Part shown: one piece after another, positions 8,563 through 18,045 of the stretch
Layout of the letters: each line of letters opens with the position of its first letter
How positions within the stretch are numbered: the first letter of the stretch is position 1
Source: an uncultured delta proteobacterium
Lineage (GTDB): Bacteria > Desulfobacterota > Binatia > UBA9968
Direction: 5' to 3'
Length of the DNA: 64,000 bases
NCBI GenBank assembly: GCA_963847445.1
Contig: CAWJZV010000023.1
Location: 128,001 to 192,000, forward strand
The notes under the pieces: generated by a model
What the model was told of the DNA's origin: nothing
Database searches by the model: none
Seen by the model: only the letters and a program-made list of their open reading frames with translations
Made by a program: the position numbers and the translations under genes

Positions 8563-9585
8563 CTAGCCGTTCTCCTCCCGATCCAACCCGGTCATCTCTA
8601 GCAGCGGCCGGTCGGTGAACGAGAACAGGATCGCCGGTTCGGTCTGGGACAGGTTTTTGTGCGCGTGCCAGCGCCAGGGGGGGACGGTGTAGCTGTCGTG
8701 ATCATCCCATTGAAGTTCCACGGAGTCTGTCTTGTCTACCAGGGTGACGCCGCGGCCTTGGACGGCGTGGTACATCGCCGTGCCGGTGTGGCGGTGGAAG
8801 CGGGTTTCTTGTCCGGGTTGGAGCAGCTGCAAGTAGCAGGTCATGGTGAGAAAGGTGTGGCCGCCGTCGATGGGATTTTTGTACTCGATGTACAAACCAT
8901 CGTAGGGGTCTTGGAGGCCTTGCTCGCCGAGTTCTTTCAATGCGTCCAACGCTTCCTGCCATTTGTAGTGATAGGGAACGCCGGCGGCACCCTCGTAGTC
9001 CACCTTCGGCTGGCGCGCCGGGCCGTAGAGGCGGCGCGCTGCGCCGTGGCCGCGGGTCAGCGGTTGTTGTTTGCCCTCGGCCCATTCTTCGCGAAAAACA
9101 TGGGCGTCGAGATAATTGACCAGGCCGGCGTCCAAGGCATCGATCCAGATGATCGGTTCCTTGGAAGTGTTCACATGATCGTGCCACACCCAGTTGGGCT
9201 GGATCAGCAAATCGCCGGGCTCCATCACCATCGGTTCGCCGTTCGACGTCGTATAGGCGCCGCCGCCGGAGACGACGAAGCGCAGCGCGGTGTTGGTGTG
9301 ACGATGCGCGGCGGCGGCTTCGCCCGGCAACACGATCTGAAAGCCCATGGCCAACGTCTTGCTGCCGGTTTGTAATCCAATGTTGCGGCGAAAGGCGTCG
9401 GGGCCGATCCTGATGACCTCGGTGGCCTCCATCAACGCAGGATGGATTTCTTTCCAACGCCACAGCCGCGGCTCCATGCGCTGCTGATTGCGCTCGTTCT
9501 GCCAGTAGCCGCGCAGCCCCAATTCGGCGAATCGTTTGTGCAGATGTTCGCGGTCCATCGGTTCTTTGATAGCGGGCTTGGACAT
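8563..9585 (-). CDS. Gentisate/1-hydroxy-2-naphthoate dioxygenase-like bicupin
   Basis: LWRWKE, AHRHTNTALRF, PNWVWHDH, FHRHT, PPWRWHAH, FSFTDRP. Confidence 0.9.
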   Translation of the reverse strand: MSKPAIKEPMDREHLHKRFAELGLRGYWQNERNQQRMEPRLWRWKEIHPALMEATEVIRIGPDAFRRNIGLQTGSKTLAMGFQIVLPGEAAAAHRHTNTALRFVVSGGGAYTTSNGEPMVMEPGDLLIQPNWVWHDHVNTSKEPIIWIDALDAGLVNYLDAHVFREEWAEGKQQPLTRGHGAARRLYGPARQPKVDYEGAAGVPYHYKWQEALDALKELGEQGLQDPYDGLYIEYKNPIDGGHTFLTMTCYLQLLQPGQETRFHRHTGTAMYHAVQGRGVTLVDKTDSVELQWDDHDSYTVPPWRWHAHKNLSQTEPAILFSFTDRPLLEMTGLDREENG

Positions 9586-9599
9586 TTTTATCCTCCGGG

Positions 9600-9638
9600 G
9601 TTCAAATCGTTCAAATCGTTCAAACCGTTCAAAACGTT
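9600..9638. repeat. GTTCAA-core tandem repeat
   Basis: gttcaaatc x2, gttcaaacc, gttcaaaac. Confidence 0.75.
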
Positions 9639-9753
9639 AGCTCGCTAAGGTTGTAGCAAATTCACGAATCCGGGCGCAACTCAGGACTTTACAACGGCGA
9701 CGGTTTCCAGCTATGACTTTAAGAAATATTCTCCAATTCCAAGGAGGTTCGTA

Positions 9754-10725
9754 ATGGTTAGCGCAAAAGATGTCCAAGGCGTGATGGCGATGATGCCGTC
9801 GTTTTCAACCAAGGATGCCGGTGAATTGACGGCGAAAAATACGATCGATGTCGACAATCTCAAAGCCGGCGTCGACAAGATGATCGGCGACGGCATCGAT
9901 GTCATTACCACCACGGGAAGTTTCGGCGAGTGTTACAACCTGAGCTGGGACGAGTACAAGACCCTGGCGGCGGCCGCCGTCGACGCGGTGAAGAAGCGCG
10001 TGCCTTTATTTGTCGGCGCCACCAGCCCGAACGTGCGCGAAGTGGTGGAGCGCCTGAAATTCGTCCAAGACATCGGCGCCGATGGATCGCTGCTCGGCGT
10101 GCCTTACTATGACGCCCAGTCACCGGAGTATATGGCGGACTTCTACAGCCAGATCGCCGAGATGTTTCCCAAGCTGGCGTTTCTGATCTATCACAACCCG
10201 GTCAACCACAAGGTCAAGATTCCCGTGTCGGTGTTTCCGCGCTTGGTGAAATGTTCGAACATCGTCGGCATGAAGGACAGCCATCGCGACACCCGCGAGT
10301 TCCTCCGGCTGATGGAGATCATCCGCGGTAAGATCAGCGTCATGACCAATCAGGCGCAGATGGTTCCCTACTATCGCATGGGCTCGGCGGGCTGCTGGTC
10401 GATCGACTCCTGGATGGGGCCATGGCCGGTGCTGCATTTGCGCAATCTGGTTCGCGCCGGCAAGGATCAGGAAGCGGTGGCGGTCACCAGCGACATCATG
10501 AACGCCGCCGGCGGCGAGCGCCCGGGCGGCAACGAAGGCGCCACGGCGAAGTTGCCCATTGAATTCGCCGGCTACGTCAATCCCGGCCCGGCACGCACGC
10601 CGATCGTGAAATTTTCCGACACCGCCATCGAACGGGCGAAGAAAAAGGCCGAGGGCTGGAAGGCGCTGTGTGCCAAGTATAAACCATTGGTTGAGGCGGA
10701 GCGGCGGCAAGCGAAAGTCGCATAA
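9754..10725 (+). CDS. DHDPS/NAL family hydratase-aldolase, NahE/PhdJ-like
   Basis: TTGSFGEC, IYHNP, Schiff-base GMKD, WSIDSWMGPWP, and GP.R.P at the C-terminus. Confidence 0.8.
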   Translation: MVSAKDVQGVMAMMPSFSTKDAGELTAKNTIDVDNLKAGVDKMIGDGIDVITTTGSFGECYNLSWDEYKTLAAAAVDAVKKRVPLFVGATSPNVREVVERLKFVQDIGADGSLLGVPYYDAQSPEYMADFYSQIAEMFPKLAFLIYHNPVNHKVKIPVSVFPRLVKCSNIVGMKDSHRDTREFLRLMEIIRGKISVMTNQAQMVPYYRMGSAGCWSIDSWMGPWPVLHLRNLVRAGKDQEAVAVTSDIMNAAGGERPGGNEGATAKLPIEFAGYVNPGPARTPIVKFSDTAIERAKKKAEGWKALCAKYKPLVEAERRQAKVA

Positions 10726-10730
10726 ATTCC

Positions 10731-10818
10731 GTTCAAAGGTTCAAGGTTCAAACGTTCAAGGTCGGATCCCAGTCCGAGGGATTAACGTTGAACGTTTGAA
10801 CCTTGAACATTTGAACGA
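10731..10818. repeat. Inverted pair of GTTCAA tandem arrays
   Basis: gttcaaaggttcaaggttcaaacgttcaagg ... cgttgaacgtttgaaccttgaacatttgaacg. Confidence 0.8.
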
Positions 10819-10838
10819 GTTTTTGAACGGAGAAACCT

Positions 10839-12026
10839 ATGAGCTCTGTTCCATTGATTCCCAAACAAGCGGCGATCGCCGTCGGCGACATGGTCGACAA
10901 CTGCGCCAAGGTGAAGCCGGGGATGAATGTGCTGTTGGTCGCGGGCAACGATGGCATGTATGGCGGCGTCAATATCGTCGACTCGGAAACCATCTCGTGG
11001 CTGCACTCGGCGATCGTCCAGCGCGGCGCCGATGCGACGGTGGTGTGGTGTGATATTCCTTATCGGCCGATGGTGCTTTGGGGCGAGGGCGCCGATCCCG
11101 GTAAAGCGTGGCGCGTGCCGAAGATCGTCGCCGCCGCTATGAAGGGCGCCGACTGCATCATCAGCAATGCCGTCGATCTGACTTTCGAAGAAGAGCTGCG
11201 CGAGACTGCGGATATTCTCGAAGAGCATAATATTCCGTACGCGCGCAACATGGCGACGACCGGCTCGCTGCTGACGAGCAATTGGGGCTTGACGCCTTAC
11301 GAATTGGTCTCTGAGATCCGCGTCCAGGCTTGCGCGCTGGCAGTGCCGGGCGCCAAGTGGGTGATGACTCATCCCAATGGCTCGCATATCGAAGGTTACG
11401 TCGTCAAGCCGGAAGATATGGACGACTACGCGCACTACCGCGACATCGGCGTCTACCGGCCATTCCCCGAAGGCGTCTGGTCTTCTATTAGAGCCAGAGA
11501 CGCAGAGGGGGTCGGCATCATCAACGAGATCGGCGTGATCTGGGCGCGCCATATCGGCGTGCCTTGTCCGTTCAAGCAGCCGGTAAAAGTGTTCATCGAA
11601 AAAGGCCAGATCAAAAAATTCGAAGGCGGCGCCGAAGCGGAGACGCTGACGCGCTTCTACCAATTCATTGCAAAATACTTAGGCGACGCGGCCTACGAAG
11701 TGCGCGGTTTCCACGGCGGCGTCCATCCGTCGGCGATCCTGGAGCCGCACCAGTGCCCCAACGCGCCGTACCGCCACTTCATCGAGCACCATCACTGGAG
11801 CAGCTTCCACTTCCACATGGGCAACAGCCGGCGCAGCAAGACGTTTCCTTACTTGATGCATATCTCCGCCGAATTGCGCGGCGGCAATCTCAAGGTCGGC
11901 GAGAACTACGTCTATAAAGATGGGAGAATCACTACTGCCGATCATCCGAAGGTGCGCGCCATCGCCGAGAAATATAAAGACCGGCCGGGATTGGAGCCGG
12001 AGAAATGGTTGCAGACGCCGCGCTGA
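10839..12026 (+). CDS. M29 peptidase/NicX-fold metalloprotein, function uncertain
   Basis: N-terminal CAKVKPGMNVLL, FPEG, PVKVFIEKGQI..FEGGAEA, FHGGVHP, FHFHMG, YKDGRI resemble the aminopeptidase T/2,5-dihydroxypyridine dioxygenase fold. Confidence 0.5.
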   Translation: MSSVPLIPKQAAIAVGDMVDNCAKVKPGMNVLLVAGNDGMYGGVNIVDSETISWLHSAIVQRGADATVVWCDIPYRPMVLWGEGADPGKAWRVPKIVAAAMKGADCIISNAVDLTFEEELRETADILEEHNIPYARNMATTGSLLTSNWGLTPYELVSEIRVQACALAVPGAKWVMTHPNGSHIEGYVVKPEDMDDYAHYRDIGVYRPFPEGVWSSIRARDAEGVGIINEIGVIWARHIGVPCPFKQPVKVFIEKGQIKKFEGGAEAETLTRFYQFIAKYLGDAAYEVRGFHGGVHPSAILEPHQCPNAPYRHFIEHHHWSSFHFHMGNSRRSKTFPYLMHISAELRGGNLKVGENYVYKDGRITTADHPKVRAIAEKYKDRPGLEPEKWLQTPR

Positions 12027-12029
12027 CTC

Positions 12030-12061
12030 GTTCAAGGTTCAAGGTTCAACGGTTCAAGGTT
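12030..12061. repeat. GTTCAAG heptamer tandem repeat
   Basis: gttcaag-gttcaag-gttcaacg-gttcaag. Confidence 0.75.
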
Positions 12062-12087
12062 CTCTCAGAGCCATAGGGAGATAGATC

Positions 12088-13234
12088 ATGCCCAGTAAGT
12101 ATCGCTTGTTCTCAGCCGACTCACATTTGGAAATTGCACCGTCGCGTTGGACGGATCGGGTACCGGAGAAGTATCGCGATCGCGCGCCCAGGCTGGTCAA
12201 ACTCGCCAACGGCGGGGATGGGATTATTATCGAAGGGCGGCCGCTTTACGTGGTCGGCTTGGCGATTGCCGGTAAGCCCTATGAGCGGCATGAGCTTAGG
12301 GGGGTTAGCTACGAAGGATCGGAAGGGGCTGGATCGCCGGAGCAACGTTTGAAAGAGCAGGACAAGGACGGCGTCGACGGCGAAATTCTCTACACCTCGG
12401 CGAGCAACCTGAGTTTTTGGCGCGGTATCAAGAATGACGACGCCTATCTGGCGACGGTGCACGCCTACAACACTTTTCTTGCCGAAGAGTATTGCACGGT
12501 CGAATCGCCACCGTTTGGTCGCCCTCGGGGCGATCCCGACTCATTCGGTCGACGCTGCGGTCAAAGAAATGGAGTACTGCGCCAAGGCCGGGTTGAAGGG
12601 CATGATGCTCAACACTTTTCCGAGCGGCCTGTCCTATCCCACGTTGGCAGATGACCGATTCTACGCCGCGGCGCTGGACTTGAACATGCCGCTGTCGGTG
12701 CACGTGGCGATGGGACTGCCGGATGGGCCGTTGTTCAAGTACGACAAAGACCCGGGCGAGGTTGCCTTCGGCGGCGACCCGATCCGGGTCCTGACGCGCT
12801 TCGGCGGCAATAGCGGTTTGAACGCTGTGCAGTTATTGCTATCCGGCGTCTTCGATCGCTTTCCCAGCCTGAGAATCTACTGGGCCGAAACGCAGATGGG
12901 CTGGCTGCCGTATTATTACGATCAGCTCGACGATGTTTACAAACGCAGCAAGCACTGGATGCAGCGTTACTTTGACCTGAAACCGTTGGCCAAAGAGCCG
13001 AGCGCCTATTTCCGCGAACAGTTTTATTGGGGATTTATCTATGACCGCATCGGTGTGCGCCTGCGCTATGACGTCGGCGTCGACAAAATTATGTGGGGCA
13101 ACGATTTCCCCCATTCGGCCGGCGACTGGCCGAACTCGAAGCGCGTGATTGCGGATCTCTTTTCTGCCGTGCCTGAAGACGAGAAACAGAAGATGTTGGT
13201 CGACAACGCGGTGAGTTTTTTCCACCTGAATTAA
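12088..13234 (+). CDS. Amidohydrolase_2 family protein, frameshift near 12500; paralog of 6116-7258
   Basis: FSADSHL, EQDKDGVDGE, WAETQMGWLP, WGNDFPH. Confidence 0.88.
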
Positions 13235-13302
13235 CTTTTGATTTCACCACGAAGTGAAACATGATCTTACGCACGCCTAAAGAAAATGAAAATCGCGAAA
13301 CC

Positions 13303-13385
13303 CGTAGGATGTGGTGAGTCCGCGAACCGCATCGAGCGAGCGCGACTTTCCAACGATGCGGTTCCCTTTGGTCACCACATCCTAC
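13303..13385. repeat. Inverted pair of GTAG-type REPs
   Basis: GTAGGATGTGGTGA..AACCGCATC ... GATGCGGTT..TCACCACATCCTAC. Confidence 0.75.
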
Positions 13386-13423
13386 AAACCGATACCCTGT
13401 ATTTTTAGTGTTGAAACATTCTG

Positions 13424-14476
13424 ATGCCATCGACTAAACCACCAGACTCGCAGCGGCTCCAGGAGCTTAATGCGAAAATCCAGCAGGGTTCGCTGCGCGG
13501 CGCATGGCAGCGCGATCGCGGCACGCCGAAGCAGGAAGAGATTCGCCCGTCGGTATGGCGCTGGAACGAGATGGCGCCGCTGTTGCTCGAAGCTGGCGAG
13601 CTGGCGCCGCTCGACGATGTCATGCGCATGCGCACGCTGCACATGACCAATTCCGGCGATACCATTCCGCTCGGGGTTTCGCGCACCTTCGCCGCGATGT
13701 TGCAGCATGTCAACGGCGGTGAAGTGACCGACTCGCACCGCCATACGGCGACTTCAGTTTACTTCGCGATTCAAGGCAGCGGCATTTATACGACGGCGGA
13801 AGGCGAGCAGCAGTTCATGGAGCCGGGGGATTTGCTGACGCAGCCGAGTTGGACTTGGCATGGCACGACCAATACTGGGAGCGAGCCGGCGATTTGGTTT
13901 ACCGCCATGGATACCGCGTTGATGCAGTATCTCGATAACTGGGAAAATCAGCGATACCCGGAGGTGTTTTCTCAGCCGATTACCAAGCCCGACGGTTTTC
14001 ACATGAAATGCTTAGGCCCGCTTCGGGCGCATCGCGCCCTCGATGGGCCTGGGCCGTTTCCGGTGAAATACCGCTGGGCGGAGACTTTTAGTGCGTTGAA
14101 AGATCTGGCGGCGTCGGGTGAGCGCGATCCATTCGATGGCGCCGTTGTAGAATTCCGCAATCCGCAAGACGGCGGTCCGACGACGGCGACGATGAGCTGT
14201 CGAATTCAACTGCTCGGTCCCGGCGAACAGACGCAGCCCCATCGTCACACCGGCAATACCGTCTACCATGTGGTGCGCGGCCAAGGCGTTGCCAGGATCG
14301 GCAAGAGCCGCGCCGCTACAAGCGACTTGGCGTGGAACGACCGGGACTGTTTCAATGTGCCGACCTGGCACTGGCATCGTTTTCTCAACACATCCAGTTC
14401 TGACGACGCGATTCTTTTCTCAGTCTCCGACCGGCCCTTGTTCGATGCGATCCATCTGTACCGCGAAGAATCCTAA
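13424..14476 (+). CDS. Gentisate 1,2-dioxygenase-like bicupin
   Basis: VWRWNE, SHRHTATSVYF, PSWTWH, PHRHTGNTVYH, PTWHWH, FSVSDRP. Confidence 0.9.
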   Translation: MPSTKPPDSQRLQELNAKIQQGSLRGAWQRDRGTPKQEEIRPSVWRWNEMAPLLLEAGELAPLDDVMRMRTLHMTNSGDTIPLGVSRTFAAMLQHVNGGEVTDSHRHTATSVYFAIQGSGIYTTAEGEQQFMEPGDLLTQPSWTWHGTTNTGSEPAIWFTAMDTALMQYLDNWENQRYPEVFSQPITKPDGFHMKCLGPLRAHRALDGPGPFPVKYRWAETFSALKDLAASGERDPFDGAVVEFRNPQDGGPTTATMSCRIQLLGPGEQTQPHRHTGNTVYHVVRGQGVARIGKSRAATSDLAWNDRDCFNVPTWHWHRFLNTSSSDDAILFSVSDRPLFDAIHLYREES

Positions 14477-14547
14477 ATTCGCGGCGAGTCTCTTAATACC
14501 GGCAAATCTCTTTGCGCCGTCGCTGGAATTGCGTTAAATACGCAAGC

Positions 14548-17500
14548 ATGGCGGATGAGCCAAGCACAATTTGCCGCGCCTGTCAGCATACCAACGCGGC
14601 GGACGCGCAGTTTTGCGACGAATGCGGCGCGTCGTTCAATGCCAACTGCGGGCGATGCGGCGAAAGCAACCGCACTGGCGCGAAATTTTGCAAAAAGTGC
14701 GGCGCCCGGCTTGGTGATGCCGCAAGCGCGGCGGCGCCGAGTCCTGCGGCTTCATCCGTTCCAGCCGATAACGTTGCGGATCGCATGCTCGCGTCGCGCC
14801 GCTTCATGGAAGGCGAACGTAAAAGAGTGACGGTCTTGTTCGCCGACATCCGCGGTTCGACCAGTTTCATCGAGAAACTCGATCCGGAAGAGGTGCGCAA
14901 GCATTTCGATCCGGTGCTGCGGGTCATGATGGCCGCGGTGCATCGGTACGACGGCACGGTCAATCAAGTTTTGGGCGATGGCATCATGGCGCTGTTCGGC
15001 GCACCCCTGGCGCATGAAGATCACGCCCTGCGGGCCTGCTATGCGGCGCTGGCGATGCAAGCGGAATTGCGCCGTGGCGGCGGCACGGACGGCGCGTTAC
15101 CCCAGTCGTCGCGGTTGCAGATCGGCATCGGTATCAACTCTGGCGAAGTGGTCGTCCGCTCTCTGACCAACGATCTCAACATCGACTACTCGGCGCTCGG
15201 GCAAACTACCCATCTCGCCGCGCGCATGGAATCGCTGGCGGGGCCGGGATCGATCGCGATCACCGCCGACACCTTGCGCGAAGTAGAAGGCTTCGTTGAG
15301 GTGCGGCCGTTGGGTGCGCTCCAAGTCAAGGGCTTCTCCACTGCCATCGATGCCTTTGAACTGACCGGGGCGACCGCGGCGCGCAATCGCTTGCAAGCGG
15401 CGGAGGCGCGCGGACTGTCGCCCTTCGTCGGGCGCCGGACGGAGATTGCGTTTGCCCGGCAAATGTTGGCGCAAACTGCCGCCGGCCATGGCCGGATCTT
15501 GGCGGTGGTCGGCGAAGCCGGCATGGGCAAATCTCGTTTGCTGCGCCAGTTTCTCGATCATCACGTCTCCTCCGAGTGGCGCGTGGTCGCAGCGCCGTCG
15601 GTGTCCTATGGCAAGGCGACGCCCTATTTCCCGGTGATCGAATTGCTGCGGGGATTTTTTAACTTGCACGAAAGCGACGACGCCGATGCCGTGCGCTCGC
15701 GGGTCGCTGAAGAGGTGCTGACTCTTGACCCAAGTTTGAGCGACGCCGTGGCGCCGATACTGGCGCTGCTCGAGGCGCTGCCGGATGGGTCAACCGAACC
15801 GACCCATTCGCTGTCGCGGTGGCTCGAGGCGTTCCCCGCTGTCGCGGTCGCAACGGCGAATTACCGTGCCATGGATTTGCCGGGACGGCGCGCATCGACT
15901 CTGGCGGTTTTAGTGCGTTTGCTCTTGCGAGCGAGCAGCTTGAAACCGCTGCTTCTAGTCTTCGAAGACCTGCACTGGATCGACAGCGAGACCCAAGCGT
16001 TTCTCGACGCTTTGGTCGATAGTCTGCCGGTCGGGCGGGTCTGCTTGTTGGTCAACTACCGGCCGGGCTACAGCCACGCATGGGCCAATAAAGAGCACTA
16101 CAGCCGCTTGCGACTCAACCCATTGACGGCGGCCGGCGCTGAAGAGTTGCTCGACGCGCTGATGGGCGATCATGGCGATCTGGCGACGGTCAAACAGCTG
16201 CTGATTAGCCGGGCGGATGGCAATCCGTTCTTCGTCGAAGAAAGTGTGCGCTCGCTGACCGCTTCGGGAGTTCTGGTTGGCTCCAAGGGAAACTATCGGC
16301 CGGGGGTGCAAGTCGAGAACATTCGCATTCCCAACACCGTGCAGACAGTTCTCGCGGAGCGCGTCGATCGCTTGCCGGCGCTGGAGAAACAGCTGCTGCA
16401 AACCGCCTCGGTCATCGGCATGATCGTTCCCGAGCGGCTGCTCCAGGGCGTCACGGGATTGCCGGAAGCAGAACTGCGCGGCGCCCTGAGCCATTTACAA
16501 ACCGGTGAGTTTCTTTACGAAAGCAACTTGTATCCCAAGTTGGAATATAAGTTCACCCATGCGTTGATCAACGAAGTGGTCTACGGCGCGTTGTTGCACG
16601 AGCGCAAGACCGCCTTGCATGCGCAGACGGTGGCGGCGATCGAGCGGCTAAGCGGCGGCAATCCGCTCGACGAGATCGAAGCGCTCGCGGACCACGCGTT
16701 TCGCGGCGAGTTGTGGGAAAAAGCCGCCGACTATATGAGCCAAGCGGGCGGCAAGGCGATGAGCCATTCGGCTTTCGGCGAGGCGTTGGACAGCTATACC
16801 CGCGCCTTCGAAGCGCTCGGCCATCTGCCGGAAACCGCGGCGCGGCTTGAGCAGCGCATCGATCTGCACCTGGACTGTCGCAACGTGCTGTTCTTGCGCG
16901 GCGATTTGCCGCGGGTCGGCGACCATCTGGCGCAAGCCGAGGCGCTCGCCGAACGGATCGGCGACAGCCGGCGCTTGGCGCGGGTGCTCAATTTTCAAAA
17001 TAGTTATTACGGCTTGGTCGGCGATCCCGAGCGGGCCATCGAAGCCGGCCAGCGCGCCTTGGCGATGCCGGCGACGCAGCAGGATACCGCGCTGCGGGCG
17101 GTGACCAGTTACTACACCGGCGTGGCGTATAACAAGATCGCCCAGTATGAGCGCGCGGCGACGGTGCTGCGCAGCGGCATGCAAAGCGTCGAGGGGGCTT
17201 TGCGCCACCAACGTTTCGGCACCACGGTGATTCTTTCGGTGATCTTTCGCAGCCACTTGTTGCAATCCCTGGCGATGACCGGGGATTTTGCCGAAGGGCT
17301 GGCGCGCGGCGCCGAGGGCGTGCAGATCGCCGATGAGGCGAATCATCCGGTTAGCCAGATTCACGTCAATGCCAGTCTCGGCTTTCTGTATATTTTCAAG
17401 GGTGACTTTCACGAAGCGATACCGGTCTTGGAGCGGGCTATGACTCTGTGCGAGGAGAAACTTATCGCGATTTATGTGCCCTTGGTTGCGCCGCGGCTGG

Positions 17501-18001
17501 GTTACGCTTATGTCCGTGCCGGCCGTCAGGCCGAAGGGTTGCGGCTACTCGAGCAAAGCATCGAAGATTCCGCCGCGGTGGGCCGGGCTGGGTTCTTGGC
17601 GCTTAATCTCGCTTGGCTGAGCGACGCCTACTTGAGCGCCAATCGCGTCGACGAAGCGATGGTCTTGGCGGATCGCGCCTGTGAGTTATCCAGACAACAC
17701 AAGGAGCCGGGTCATGGCGCTTTGGCGCTCAAGCTGCGCGGCGATATCGCCATGCGCCTAACCGTTAGACAAATCGAGCAGGCCGAGGGGCACTATCGCG
17801 AAGCGTTGAGTCTCGCCAGTGATATGGCGATGCGGCCGCTCCAGGCCCATTGTCATGCGGCGCTTGCCCAAGTCTATGGGGTGGCGGGAAACCTTGAGCA
17901 GGCGCGCCAAGAGTCGAGCGCCGCGCGGGAATCTTTTCGCCGCTCTGGCGATGAATGGCTTCCTGACGATGGTCGAAGGTGATTCAACTCGGTTTAGTTA
18001 G
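14548..18001 (+). CDS. Double zinc ribbon + class III nucleotidyl cyclase + AAA ATPase + TPR protein, probable frameshift near 17935
   Basis: Four CxxC, VLFADIRGST, LGDGIMALFG, FVGR, GEAGMGKS, LVFEDLHW, DGNPFF, YKFTHAL, TPR-like helices. Confidence 0.9.
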
Positions 18002-18045
18002 CCGTCGCCGCCGGAAAGAAATCCCGCAAGATTTTTTTAGCGATC

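Noticed and set aside
14548-18001. Pycsar/CBASS-like antiphage system built on the cyclase
   Set aside because: No cyclic-nucleotide-binding effector gene is adjacent, and this multidomain architecture is a common signalling type
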